Positions 37,416 through 47,900 of a stretch of DNA of 64,000 bases are shown here, piece by piece. Each line of letters opens with the position of its first letter. Positions within the stretch are counted from its first letter, which is position 1. The stretch is from contig OZ038379.1 of assembly GCA_964036045.1 (NCBI GenBank), positions 5,828,001 through 5,892,000 of the forward strand. The letters are read 5' to 3'. The notes beneath the pieces are model-generated. The model searched no databases. It was not told the origin of the DNA and saw only the letters and a program-made list of their open reading frames with translations. The position numbers and the translations under genes were made by a program. The stretch is from Eutreptiella sp. 'Long Island Sound 2002'. Lineage: Eukaryota; Protista; Euglenida.

Positions 37416-39723
37416 TGGTTGTAGTTGCTTTGTGTGCCTCACCGGCCGCTCCAACAATACCGACAATGGTTGGCCTGTTCGACTGCTGGAGGTTACCTCC
37501 AGCCGACTACTGGAGGTAACCTCTACTTAAGGGCCGCTACTTACGGGCGATCTGTGGTCAAGAGAGGCAGACGACTCACTCCTTAAGCGCAGCCCTTTAT
37601 GGGCCTGACCAGCTGCCCGTAATGAATGAAAAACAAGACCGCGCCCCGTTACTTTGCAATCCAGAACTGGTACATGTCCCTTCAAATGGGCCTGGAGGGC
37701 CCAGCCCTTGAAGCAGGTTAACAGGATCTGAGCCCCCTCCCTGCAGTCTTCGGGGCACAGGGGCACAGGCACAGGCACTCTTGGATCCCTTTCTCACTCG
37801 GCAGAATACTGGAACTGTCATGTGCCACACCAGCTTCGGCTCAGACGACAGTTAAAGCAAAGGATCCCATCGGCCTCGCTGTATCCGCCTGTGGGGGTCC
37901 ACAGGACCGCCTCCATTCACTGGCACCACAAACCAAACGTTGTTGGTTACGCTTTCACAACCGCCGTCACTCAACAGCAGCTGTACCCCTGGAAATATTC
38001 CTCTGGGTCTGCGCGTTCTTTGCAGATACACTCTTTCATCGCTGAAAAGATGCCCATGATACATGGCTGTTGGGAACCAAGCACAAAACAAAGGAAATCA
38101 CGCAGCATGGATGAACCATCAAGGGTCAAATCCAGGACAGTGATTGGCGTACCTGAAATACCATAGATTGGCTCAGGATGGAATTCGCTTTGTGGTAGTG
38201 GTCCGGGTTTCGCTAGCACGGCCTTGTCTCAGCAACGGCAACCGCATCTGCCAGTCCTCTCCACGTGTTTTTACTCTGTGAACCAAAGCGAGTCTCAATT
38301 TGATTCTGTGCAGGCCAGACTCATGGGAGCACATTCATGCGCGAGGACATCCCGTGAAGGTTGGTGGGGTATCATTCCATGATGTCAGGTACCAGGACGC
38401 CCCTGACCTCGTGTTGGGCATCCTTAACATACGGTCCATGCTGTCCGTTTGCACTGCAAATGCCTGCTCACTTGCTGTCCGTTGCTCCTGCAGACCCATG
38501 CGCCCGCATTGAATGCAACATTCATAATTGCTGCTCATGCAGTGGCCCAAACCACTGAGTTTTGTTAGGGGCAATTTTTGCCACCTCACTGGACAGTGAA
38601 GTTTTGCCATGAGATTTGCTCCTGACAACCCCCCCCCCCCCTACTTGACTTCGACATGTTTTGAGGGTTATGCTGGTTATCCGATACCTGACATCTTGGC
38701 CATGCCAAAGCGCGTCCCTCACTCCAGGCCCTGTCGAAGTGTGTGTTCTCTTCGGGCTTGTCAAATTGGGAGGACTTGACAGATGTGGCTGGGCTACGCC
38801 GCACCCCCTGCCCTGTCCATGACACAGACACGGTCTGAACAACCATTGTGCCGTGACTCCGGAGGGTAACGACCATCGTTGATCTATGGCAAAGATACGG
38901 AGGCAATACGGACGTTGTGCTGCCGTCTCCCAAATGACGCTGCCATTACTGGTGGGTGGCGGGAAGGGGAGGTGGGCCACGGGTATTTGTGGGAGCGGGT
39001 TCTATGGGAAAGGGAGAGCCAGTGCAAATACGCCAGGTGCGGCGGTTGGGTGTGGCTGGCAATCAGGGCGCGGACTCTTGGGTGCACAAGGGGCGTGAGA
39101 TGCATCCTGACAACTTTCGGGCTGTAGCCAAAGGGCTACGGGTGGGGCTGATACGGGAGGACTCGGGGCGGGAAGAAATGGACACTCCCAAAGCGGCAGA
39201 AGCGGAGGGCAGTGAAGAAGCTTCAGGGTTGGAGGGTGAGTTTATCACGGACGTCGTTCGTGACATGGGCAGGTGTCTCGCTGGCATGAATCTAGCGCAG
39301 AGTTGAAGGGGGTAGACAGCATGATAGATATCAGTGCTGTGCGAAGGCACATGGGCAAAGAGGGCGAAAGGGATGATCAAGCACTGGTGCAGGCCCAGGG
39401 GCGCCTACTGGCGCCCTTGGACAATTTGTGCAGTTTCACCACGTTCTGGTGCAATCCCACAGTGTATGTCACAATTTGAACTGAGATGCATACCAGAATG
39501 ATGCTGGAGGGTGACGACCATCATCATCCTATGAAGATGCGAAGGGCATGCACTGTGTCAATTCAGGACGCAATATTCCTGGTTTGTGGATGTGATCCTC
39601 GCCTTCGCTGGACATGGGTCAGGGGTCCTGCACTGATTTCGGGCCTGACCGTATCTTAGACAAGGGGGGCAAGGGGCAATGCGGGCTTTCTTTGTCCCAC
39701 GTTCTGCAGACTCCCCTCACCCA

Positions 39724-40622
39724 ATGTCGCTGCTGCAAACCCGTGCCCCAAGCTACAGCGTCGTGCCCATCGCCGACCCTGCGCCCGCCCCCAGCTCCCG
39801 TGGGCTGGTGCAGTGCAGCGTCGCCCTCAACGCCCTCTTTGCCTTCACCACCGGGGCCCTTGCCGTTGCCCTCTGGCAGCAGCAGCAGTCCGCTCAGGCG
39901 TTGCAGCTCCAAGCCCAGGCCGTCACCGCGGGGCCCCTGGGCGCCACCCCACACGCCCCGGCCACGTCGGGTCGCGGGCGCCCGCAGCGCTCGACGGCCC
40001 AGAGCAGTGCGGCCGCCCCCGTCGACGTCGAAACCGCCCCCGTGTTCGGCGCCCTCACCAGCGAAGGCCCCGCCGCAGCCACCGTCGCGGCCGCCGGCGT
40101 TTCGGCCCCGCATCTGACGTGGGGCGGGCTGCTGCTGGTGGGGGCCGTCGCGGCGTTCTTCAACCGGACCAAGCCACGCCCGGTGGCCCTGGCCACGGCC
40201 AGCGGAAGCGTCCCGGCGGCCCCCGCCGTGCCCATTCTGCCCGTGCGGCTGCTGCGTGTCATGGGGCACGCCGCGGCCATCGTCGTCACCCTCGTGTGGA
40301 CCCTCTCCACGGCGCTGATCGGGAAGATCGGGCGGTTGGTCCTCAACGTGCTCGACGGCATCACCGGGAGCGGCAAGGACCTCGAGCGGCCGGTGCCGCA
40401 CGCGCCCCGGTTCACCACCGCGCCCATCTACAAGGCGGACGGGAAGCTGCAGGAGGAGCTGGACGCCGAGGCGATGTTCAAGGCCTCCGGATACCCCCTG
40501 GCGCCGGAGACGCTGTGCGCGAAGGCGAAGGCCTTGTTGGCCAAGGAGTTCAAGGCGGGCGTCGAGGAATACTTGTCCGACGACTTCCAGTTCGTTGCCC
40601 CCGTTGTGGGCCCCTTGCCGAG
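39724..40622 (+). CDS. Gene 4 exon 1/3: plastid-targeted SnoaL/NTF2-like protein; join(39724..40622,45755..45959,47670..47900), 444 aa
   Basis: Euglenid class-I-like presequence (TMD1, S/T/A-rich spacer, TMD2, basic residues, PVALATASG). The domain starts at LSDDFQFVAPVVGPL. Donor AG|GTACCT. Confidence 0.82.
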
Positions 40623-41413
40623 GTACCTGCGTGTTCCGTAGGCAGGGGGGCGGGCTCTGGCGGCTTCGTCTCGAATGGCCATCCGGGCAGGGTACAGGCC
40701 ACGGTACGGTCATGAGCCGCACGAGACACTCAATTGTCGCATGCGCCTCCTCCTGCACCTGCCTGCATTGCACCTTCACATTCTCACGTCAGTACACGGG
40801 TGGATCCGCACATCAGCCATTTGGTCGCACGGCCCCCATGCCCCCTGGCATGTGCCTCCCCCACCCCTGTGCATGTGCAGTACTGGTGGTGCCCCGTGCA
40901 GGCTGGGCGCAGTTGGGGTCCAGTCCACAGTCCAAATCGATTTACAAACAAATGTAAATCCACGCCTTTTTGTAAATCACCTCGAAGAGAGGTTGTTAGA
41001 TCAAGCGCAGGCGCGAGCGTCGTATACCCCCCTTTTTTGGGGTCGTTCGCGTAGCATACCCCAATGTATGGTTTCTAACGTTTAACCCCCTGTAAAATCA
41101 TCATTTTAGGACCAAAAATGATCCCCCAATGATTTTTTGGATTTTGACTCCCGTACCCCCCCCCGCACCGGGGTACCCTTTTTTGAGGGGGGGGTGGGGG
41201 TGGGGGTGGGGGGGGGGGGGGGGCAAAACTTCTTTGCGTATTGTGGCCGCTGTGTGTGTATTTGGACCTGGGTCCTGAAGAACTTTCTTCTTGTATATGG
41301 ACCCCCTAACCCATGGCGGGGGTCCCAGGTCCCAACTCCAGGTACCCCCAGTCGGCCCCCCCCATATGGCCCCTTGCCGGTGAGGACTTAGCCGTTTTCA
41401 CGCCGGATAGGCT

Positions 41414-41770
41414 GTTTAGTGACACCTGCAAGATTTCCAAAATTCGACTTTTTCGGAAACCCTTCTGTCGCCCCTGGGATGGGTTTGGGTGATGATTTAG
41501 TGACAATACGAGTACTTGAGCACCCATGGGGACCTAAATAGTGGCCGCCAAGCCCATATAGCCCGAGCCATGGGCCCCCCAAAAGCCCCGAAATTGCCGT
41601 TGTGTAAGGTGTTTAGTGACACCTGCAAGATTTCCGAAATTCGCCTTTTTCCGAAACCCTTCTGTCGCCCCTGGGATGGGTTTGGGTGATGATTTAGTGA
41701 TAATACGGGTACTTGAGCACCCATGGGGACCCACGCCAAGCCCATATAGCCCGCGCCATGGGCCCCCCAA
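41414..41770. repeat. Tandem duplication, 197-bp unit x ~2
   Basis: GTTTAGTGACACCTGCAAGATTTCC at 41414 and 41611. Confidence 0.9.
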
Positions 41771-41921
41771 AAGCTTCAAAATTGCTGTTTGTTGGTGGTT
41801 CAATGGCCTTTGGTGTGTGCACAAATTGCTTTAGCAGTTTTCCACCCTCTACAGGTCAAAAATGGAAATTTTTGCAAAACTTTTTTTTTATATTGTGACC
41901 ACTTACAATGATGAAATATGC

Positions 41922-42615
41922 TATGTAAAGCATGTTTTAGCCCCCTTTTATGTGTTTTTCACCCTATTTGGGTGTTGGGGGGGGGTCTCCCAAGGGGTAT
42001 GGGGCACAACCTGCTTATGCAGTTTTCCCGCCTCGGCAGCTCAAAAATGGAAATTTCCGAAACTGATTTTTTTGATACTTTGACCATCCAAAAAGATCAA
42101 ATATCCTATGTAAAGCATGTTTTAGCCCCTCGTTATGTGTTTTTCACCCTATTTGGGTGTTGGGGGGGGGGGGGGGGGGCTCCCAAGGGGTATAGGGCAC
42201 AACCTGCTTATGCAGTTTTCCCGCCTCAGCAGCTCAAAAATGGAAATTTCCGAAACTGATTTTTTTGATACTTTGACCATCCAAAAAGATCAAATATCCT
42301 ATGTAAAGCATGTTTTAGCCCCTCGTTATGTGTTTTTCACCCTATTTGGGTGTTGGGGGGGGGGGGGGGCTCCCAAGGGGTATGGGGCACAACCTGCTTA
42401 TGCAGTTTTTCAGCCTCAGCAGCTCAAAAATGGAAATTTTCGAAACTGATTTTTTTGATACTTTGACCATCCAAAAAGATCAAATATCCTATGTAAAGCA
42501 TGTTTTAGCCCCTCGTTATGTGTTTTTCACCCTATTTGGGTGTTGGGGGGGGGGGCTCCCAAGGGGTCTAGGGCACAACCTGCTTATGCAGTTTTCCCGC
42601 CTCAGCAGCTCAAAA
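41922..42615. repeat. Tandem array, ~190-bp unit x ~3.7, in gene 4 intron 1
   Basis: TATGTAAAGCATGTTTTAGCCCC starts at 41922, 42107, 42300 and 42490. Confidence 0.95.
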
Positions 42616-43312
42616 AAGGTTGTTCCTCTCCCCTCTTCGAGGTGCCTTGCCGAAGGCAATAGAATTTTCTCGTATTTCGCCTGTGGAGCAAGCGTAAATC
42701 AATGTAAATTGCTGTAAATTGGGTGTAGATCCAATGGTCTCTGACATTGCGGAGCTGGGAAGGTGAACAGATTAAAAAGTGCCTACGTAACCCCTACCGT
42801 CTCACCGTCCCCAAAGCAGAGAGGAAACAATGTGGCTACATCACCCCTGCCTTCTCAGGTTCCCAGAGGGGGGGAGAAATCACACTGGTTGCTTAGAATG
42901 GTGTTCTTGGGGGGCGTTTTGGTGAAATTTACACTGGTTCATATTGATTCGCATATAAATTCATCAAGCCTTGACTCAGATACATGCCACGGTGCTATTG
43001 AGGTTAACCAGCCCATGTTATTCCTCTCCACATTGGCGACCCCGAGAAGGCAGGGGTAAGGCAGCCATTTTACTCCTCTGTGAGATGGCAGGGATTGGGC
43101 AGCCATTTCACTTTTCCCTGAGATGGCGTGGGCGCCTTGGTTTTCCTGTTCTCAGCCCCCTACTGCCGGTCTTGCTGCGCCCCCCTCCGCATTCAGGGGC
43201 CTCAGGGCCTAGGGGGAGGGGTCTCCAGCCGTACGAACTCCTGCCCACCTGTTCCCTATCCGTGAATTCCATGTGTGTGGTATGAAGGCCCGAGGGTTGC
43301 CACACGGTGAGG

Positions 43313-43372
43313 GTGCTGCTCTGGTGGTAGAGCAACAAGCATCGATGCTGCAGATGCTAGTTCGATTCCCAC
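43313..43372 (+). mobile_element. tRNA-derived SINE-like head
   Basis: TGCTCTGGTGGTAGAGCA (D-arm/A-box-like) and AGTTCGATTCC (B-box). Confidence 0.5.
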
Positions 43373-44038
43373 CAGTGCACTCCTGCTCCGGCAGTCAGGG
43401 GAGGAGTACGAGAGGGACATCCCTCCCCCCCCCCCCCACCAACGGTGTTGGTGGCGTGGCGTTGGTGGCGGGGCGCACTGCTACAGGCAGGGGCTCCTTT
43501 TTATCATGTTCCATACAGAGCAATGCAAACATACTTAGTGGAAACAGGACATAAACACACATCAGAAAAAGACGAGAGGCACCACCCGGCGACCCATAGC
43601 ATCCGTGGCGGGGCACACTACTTTAGTAGTTGGTGGTGGGGGCTGTCATCACTGGCTCCCTGGCTGCGTCAAGAATCCACCCAGCATCTATAGTTCCGCA
43701 GTCCATGTCAAAGACAACTATACTACGCCGCGCCTCTTGACACTGCAATCTCAGCTTGATGATTGATGATTGGAGCTTGATGAATGTCCGCTCCAAAAGG
43801 TCCAAAATTATTCCAACTGTTCCGCTCCCTGACCTCCTCGACAGGGTCAGGGCTTTGTCTTTGGGTTTCCTCTTGCCAAAACTGGAAAGGGGGAACTCAA
43901 TTCATGTTCATTGATTGCTTGAGCTTGGGTGGTGGCATGACATGCCGTTACACATGTAGGGTTGGCCTAGGGGGGGGGGTAGAAAACAATTCCTGGTACC
44001 GGCGTACAGCTTTTTTTCGGGGGTACCCCCGGAGGATG

Positions 44039-44628
44039 CCCCCCCCCCCCCTGCGCAAGCACGGCCTTGTCTAAGCACGAAGACCCCGTGTGACCGTTGT
44101 TTTGATGGGTTTTTCTGACCACGGTTTTTATGGTCAGAAATTCATTGTTTCGTGATTGTGCGCTGATTGTACAGGGAAAGAAGGGCTGGGTCATGTTTGT
44201 GATGGTTCCTCTTGCTCACAACAACATTCTGATTGGTACTGCAACCCAATGGTAATTGTTTTGCTGTGGTTTTTAGCCATGAAAAATGTTGCTATCGCTG
44301 GCTTGGGTGTCACATACATCCGATCCACTGGTGAGCACGCACCCGCCACCATCGTTGGTCCTTCTACGCGGTTGGAAAGGGTTTCTATTCCGTACCCGTT
44401 GATGGGCAGTAAGGACATGAGGACCATGCTGAATTTTGCCTCCACGTTGTGTTCTAGTGCCATGTTTGTGAGTGATGTGCTTGGTGTGGGGTACGGGCAG
44501 GTTTTCTGTGTGCAGTGTCTCTTTGTGTTGCGCGTCGCGCGCAAGCATGGGCTTGTCTAAGCACGGGGTCCCCGTGTGACCGTTGTTTTTCTGACCTTGG
44601 CCGTGCTTGCGCAAGGGGGGGGGAGGGT
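44039..44628. mobile_element. TIR element with internal direct repeat (GCGCAAGCACGGCC family), in gene 4 intron 1
   Basis: Ends CCCCCTGCGCAAGCACGGCC / GGCCGTGCTTGCGCAAGGGGG. TTGTCTAAGCACG..CCCGTGTGACCGTTGTTTT occurs at ~44067 and ~44553. Confidence 0.68.
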
Positions 44629-45754
44629 GCAAAAAAAATTCGTGCGAAATTTTTTTCTAGGCCCCAAAACCTGAAATTTCCTCAACTCTACCCCACCTCT
44701 CTGGGTTTGGAAGGTGCAAGGAGGATATTTTTCAAGGTGACCATTGATGTTTCAGCCGATATGGGTGGTATTTGTGTTTCAAGGCACAAGGACCCCCGGT
44801 CTGTTCCAGCTGCAGTGCAACGCCCACCCTGGCCTCTTATCCGTAGGCCCAAAAGTGGGCAGAAATGCTACATAACCCGTGCATTCTGGGGGGTCCCCAA
44901 CAAAGGGGACAAGATCAAAGCACAAAAAAGCAACAAAAAGCAAAAATAAAAAATTTCCATTGTGTCCCACATCCTACCTGCAAACATGGAGATTGCCATT
45001 CCCAAGAGATGAACCAAAGCCCTTCCCATCACAGAGGCACTGTTTACCCACGAGGGTACAGGCCATCTATGACAGATGCGTGCAGAGAGATGGTATTGAT
45101 ATTTGGTCCAATATGGTTTTCATCCATTATTGAGTTCTCCTGAAAAAATCCGAGTATTTTGAGTATAGACACGTGGGGTGAAAACCCAATTTTTCACCCT
45201 GTGCCAGATGAAGCAAATTCTCCTTATGGCGCACAATGTAGCAAAGTGAAGGTCACACGCAAATCCTCCTTGCGAAAAAAATTTCCTACAGGGGGTGCTA
45301 GTTTTATTTTCGAGGGGTACCCCCGGAGGAGGGGGGGGGGGGGGTAGCGCTTTCTAGGTGTCGATTCTTCTCCCTTCTTAAGGCAGGCGCAGCTGAAGCC
45401 CACAACACCCCCTTCAAGACCAGGTCTGACAAGGGGAAGTCGGTGTACATTCTTCACAGCACAACCACAGGCACTGTCTCTGTTCTCACCGCAATCTTGA
45501 CTTGTTGCGGCTGGTTGCCACATGCAATCCAGGAACTAGTCTCAAGTGCAATAGAAGAGGCAGATAGACAGACAGTCCCATCAAGGTATCCAGGGTTCTC
45601 GCGAGCACAGTCCGGCACTCAGAGCGTCAGGAACATAAAAAATGGTGTTGAGTTGCATAATTGCACCATTTCCGTAGCGCCCTGCACATCATTATTCCTG
45701 CAACTCCGCTCTGTTGTGGTCTTCGAAACCCTGTCCCCCCTCACCCCTCTTCAG

Positions 45755-45959
45755 GGAAGAGTTTCTGAAGGCCATCCGTGGATTTGACGTGAAGAAAGGA
45801 TTCCCGGACCTGGTCAACAACTATTGGGGCTTCCACGTGGATCCCATGGAGCCCAACCGCGTGTGGTTCTTCACCCGCGCGAGCGGTACGCACACCGGAG
45901 AGTTCAACTTCGGGCGGCCCATCCCCCCCACTGGCAAGGAGGTGCACACGCCCCCTCAG
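45755..45959 (+). CDS. Gene 4 exon 2/3
   Basis: TTCAG|G acceptor (phase 2) gives PLPR-EEFLKA. Contains FPDL, VDPMEPNRVWFFTRASGTHTG, PPTGKEV (SnoaL ester-cyclase-like). Donor CAG|GTCTGT. Confidence 0.87.
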
Positions 45960-47669
45960 GTCTGTGTGCCGTCCCCCCTGTGTCGCTTTATGACCCCTCG
46001 TTGATGCCATTGGACAGGGCAACTGCAAGCATTGACGCTCAGGCCACACCACAAGCAAGTTGCAACCCTTGCCATTCATGATAAATCAGCGATGATTCTC
46101 CGATGACTGTCCAATGACTCTGCACGTGAATCTTTCGGTGTTTGATGGATGACAGGCGTGAGCGAGTAAGGGGGTTTCATCACAACACCGCCCGCCGAGG
46201 AACAGCATGCCAGTGCCGTGCCCACCCCATCCCATCCCCACCCTCCTTGACGCCCCCTTCTTTCACTCTCCCTCCAACCTTTTATGCCCCGGGATCGGAA
46301 GGCCTCTTACTGCCCCTCCCAACTCGCCTTCACCATGGGTCGTGGACAGCCCTCTGCCTTCTGTTTGGATCTGTAATGCTCCCTCTCCCACGTTTAAGCG
46401 GCGCCCCGTCGGAGGGAGGGGACAATCACAGCCTCAAGCCAACAAGCACATAGTGCTGGCAAGTGGTAAGCCATGATGCTTGACTGCAAAGGAGGAGATG
46501 CAGTGCTCGGATGACGTGCTACATGGAGCGTGATGCAAAGCCGTAGCAGTCCCTGGGTTTCATTCATTATCCACCAAGCAACCAGTGGTTACCGGTTCCA
46601 GGCTAACTCGGAGTCCCTTCAGGCTCCATTTATCCCTTTCCTACTGCTCGACAGTCCCTCTGACCTTCCTATGACTCATGATCGAGCCATTGAGCCTTTG
46701 GAGGGCTATTTGAGAGGTCTATCAGCATCTCACACGACGGCATCTGTGCAGCTGTACTGGGGGCAGCTCATGGGAGAATCATTGCAGATTCATTGGAAGC
46801 CATTGGAGAGTCATTGAAGAGCAAGTGGCGATGTCCCTGCGTCTCGGCTGCAACATGCGGCCTGTAAAAGCTCATCGCTCCACAACCTCATGGCCAGCAC
46901 TAGATCACCGCACAGGGCCCTGTACTGACTGGACCGTACTTCCAGCCATGGGTCCCTCGTACCTGGTGACGGTTTTAACCCCTTGGCTTGCCAGACAATC
47001 GGGCTGTCAGCAAAATGAGGCATGTTTTTGCCTCAGAAAAGCAGTTTGAAGTCGGGCTGCTGCCTGGGCACAACCTTTTTTGAAAGCAAGTTTCCCCCAC
47101 GAGACAAACCTGAAAAATGATCGGCGTCGTGAGTATCATTTTGATTCATATATGTCGCCCCCAACCCACCGACCCACTCACCGTGGCATTGGCACAGCGG
47201 ACCGAGAAAGGGGAAGGGAGGTTAGTGAGGGAGGGAAAAAGGAAGTATCAGCAAAGCAAGGTTCCATCACCGTGAAGTGCGTTAGAGGCGGTTATGAGGG
47301 GCTCATCAGGCAGGTGTGGGGAGGGGTTTGGAATGACGCCCGAGTGCATTGCTGTCTGAGGCAGGCGGCACCTATTGACCTGTTGACCTCTCGCCACTGA
47401 TCCGTCCTTTACATGAACCCTTTCCCTCGGTTGGTGGCGGCGCCCATAAAAGTGGCTGCACGGGAAGCCTCCAGACAGCCCTGATAGGATCCCCCGCCTG
47501 TAGCACACAGCTGTTCTCCAATGCCTCCCCAATGACTCTCCGATGGCTCTCCAATGACGACCGCTGTGCGAACGGGGAGCAGCGCCCAGTGCATGCCCTC
47601 TGCTGCCCAGTAGTGATGCCCCCCCCGTTCATTTCGCCATCTGTACCCCGGCCTCCAACCTCCGTGCAG

Positions 47670-47900
47670 GCCCTTTCGCTGTTGTTCGACGAATCCGGCA
47701 AAGCCTACACTCTGACCGTCGGGTACTCCATGGACCGCCGCATCGGCAACACGGGGGGTTTGGGGGGCCTGTTCGGCTTCCTGTACGCGATCGGCAGCCC
47801 GCTGCCCTTCCCCGAGTGCAAGCCCTGGTCCCCCTCCGTCGAGTCGGAGATGTTTGCGAGAATCCCGAAGATCGGGGCACTGCTGAAGGGCTCGGCGTAA
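47670..47900 (+). CDS. Gene 4 exon 3/3
   Basis: GTGCAG|GCC acceptor, in frame. Encodes ALSLLFDESGKAYTLTVGYSMDRRIGNTGGLGGLFG..PLPFPE. Stop TAA. Confidence 0.85.
   Translation, partial: ALSLLFDESGKAYTLTVGYSMDRRIGNTGGLGGLFGFLYAIGSPLPFPECKPWSPSVESEMFARIPKIGALLKGSA

Noticed and set aside
41922-42615. Regular repeats resembling a CRISPR-like array
   Set aside because: The units are fully repeated with no unique spacers, there are no cas genes, and the context is a eukaryotic intron.
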